Shown piece after piece: positions 61,040-62,203 of a stretch of 62,203 nt of DNA. The notes beneath the pieces are model-generated. The model did no database searches. It worked only from the letters and a program-made list of their open reading frames with translations, and was not told the DNA's origin. A program made the translations under genes and the position numbers. The stretch is from Hyphochytrium catenoides (Eukaryota; Protista; Hyphochytriomycota): positions 1 through 62,203 of the forward strand of contig FLMG01002824.1 in the NCBI GenBank assembly GCA_900088475.1, given 5' to 3'. Position 1 is the first letter of the stretch. Each line of letters opens with the position of its first letter.

Positions 61040-62047
61040 AAGGGATCATCACCCTCCTGGTGCCCTCATAGACCGCCGCCCCTAGAAGAGCTCCCAAGAA
61101 AGGCCCCACCACAGGGACCCAAGCGTACTCCCACTCAGCTCTTCCCTTTCCTTTGATAGGAAGAACGAAGAAAGAGAGACGTGGGCCCAAGTCTCTCGCA
61201 GGATTGGCCGCAAAGCCCGTCGGTCCTCCCAGAGCAGAGACACAGAGGCCAATGTAAGAGGAGAGAAAGAACGCGAAGAAGATTCTTCGATAGAGTAAAG
61301 GGAGAGAGAGAAGAGAAGTTGTCGGAAGAAGAAGAGAGAGATCCCCAGCGCTGTTTGCTCCCACCACCAGGAACATTGTCCCTAACATCTCCGTGATAAG
61401 ATTTTGCGCCCAGTGGTAGATTTCTGGCCGAGTAGAGAAAGAAGAGAGCTTTCCAGCTTGGTCTTTATAGACGAGAGAGACGTACTCCCACTCCTCAGGA
61501 GAGAGAGAAGAGAATGAAGGATCTCTCTCCCTAAGAGAAAGGAGAAAGTCACCGTCTGTCATGCCTTGTTCTCGTGGAGGGAAAGAGAGAGGTTGTGCTT
61601 CTCTCTTCTTCTTCTCTTCCTCTCTCTCGCTCATTCTTCTTCCGGCTTCCCTGACAGGCGGAAGAGGAATGAAAGGAAGATCTGATCCTCTTCCTCCAGC
61701 TTCGTCCTTTGACAGCTCGAGGCAGACAGAGATGTCAGACTGGGGAGGAGGAGGAGGAATGACCGTAGAAAGAGAGGAGAGAGAGAGAGAGACAGGTTTC
61801 TTGACTCCCATTCTAAACTGACCCAAATGGATCAGATAACCCGTCACGCCGCCCAAGAAACATCCTGCCAGCTCCGCGAGAGAGAAGAGAAGAAACTCTT
61901 CTNNNNNNNNNNNNNNNNNNNNNNNNNNNNNNNNNNNNNNNNNNNNNNNNNNTGAGAGAAGTGCCGAAGGTCAGCGCCCACCAAGAGCCCACCAGCTCGG
62001 AGGCTGCCTTGGTCCAGATGCTCACCATGTTGAAGAGAAAGAGATAG

Positions 62048-62078
<31 letters not shown>

Positions 62079-62203
62079 AGCGTTGGGAAGATCAGAGAAT
62101 TGGTTGGAAACTTTTGCTGGTCAAGACTTTCTTCTTTCTTTCTCTCTCTTCAAGGTGGGAAATATCTAAGTGAGAGCTGTTGGCGAGTGGCAGTTGGCCA
62201 AGC
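60380..62203. repeat. (GA/CT)n microsatellite-saturated block 3
   Basis: Tracts at 60384-60415, 60680-60715, 60893-60915, 61008-61035 and 62036-62080. Confidence 0.85.
61038..62028 (-). CDS. Aquaglyceroporin (MIP family, GlpF-type), interrupted by assembly gap 61903-61952
   Basis: MVSIWTKAASELVGS.. then the gap, then LAGCFLGG.., FSTRPEI..NLITEMLGTMFLV, GGPTGFAANPARDLGPRL (NPARD at 61205-61191) and WEYAWVPVVGPFLGALLG. The first NPA box would fall in the gap. Confidence 0.9.

Overview
Eukaryotic nuclear DNA from a draft assembly with 5 N-gaps. The standard genetic code and short spliceosomal introns fit all genes I could read. The PP2C and MFS sequences suggest a stramenopile or oomycete-like protist (inference, no search run). 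Nine well-supported genes plus one tiny one: an intronless ankyrin-repeat protein (+), an intronless OFA-type MFS transporter (+), a multi-exon class-3 lipase (-), FANCD2 (+), a PH-domain PP2C phosphatase (+), an acyl-protein thioesterase (-), a 73-aa COX4-like gene missed by the ORF track (+), a ~16 kb EML/EMAP-type WD40 gene fused to a YfaP-like segment and many IQ motifs (-), an intronless DUF4062-NACHT-WD40 STAND protein (+), and a bacterial-looking GlpF aquaglyceroporin (-). Intergenic DNA holds decayed LTR-retrotransposon pieces. Most notable: (1) the NLR-like STAND protein has two Cys/His-rich zinc-finger modules inserted inside its NTPase domain just before Walker A, plus a 1-nt frameshift cutting off its last WD40 repeats; (2) a ~440-bp-arm inverted repeat made of gag-like sequence lies just downstream of FANCD2; (3) the window is split into sharply bounded (GA/CT)n-saturated and microsatellite-poor blocks. 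Most short ORFs in the track are microsatellite artefacts. All family assignments come from motif recognition by eye.
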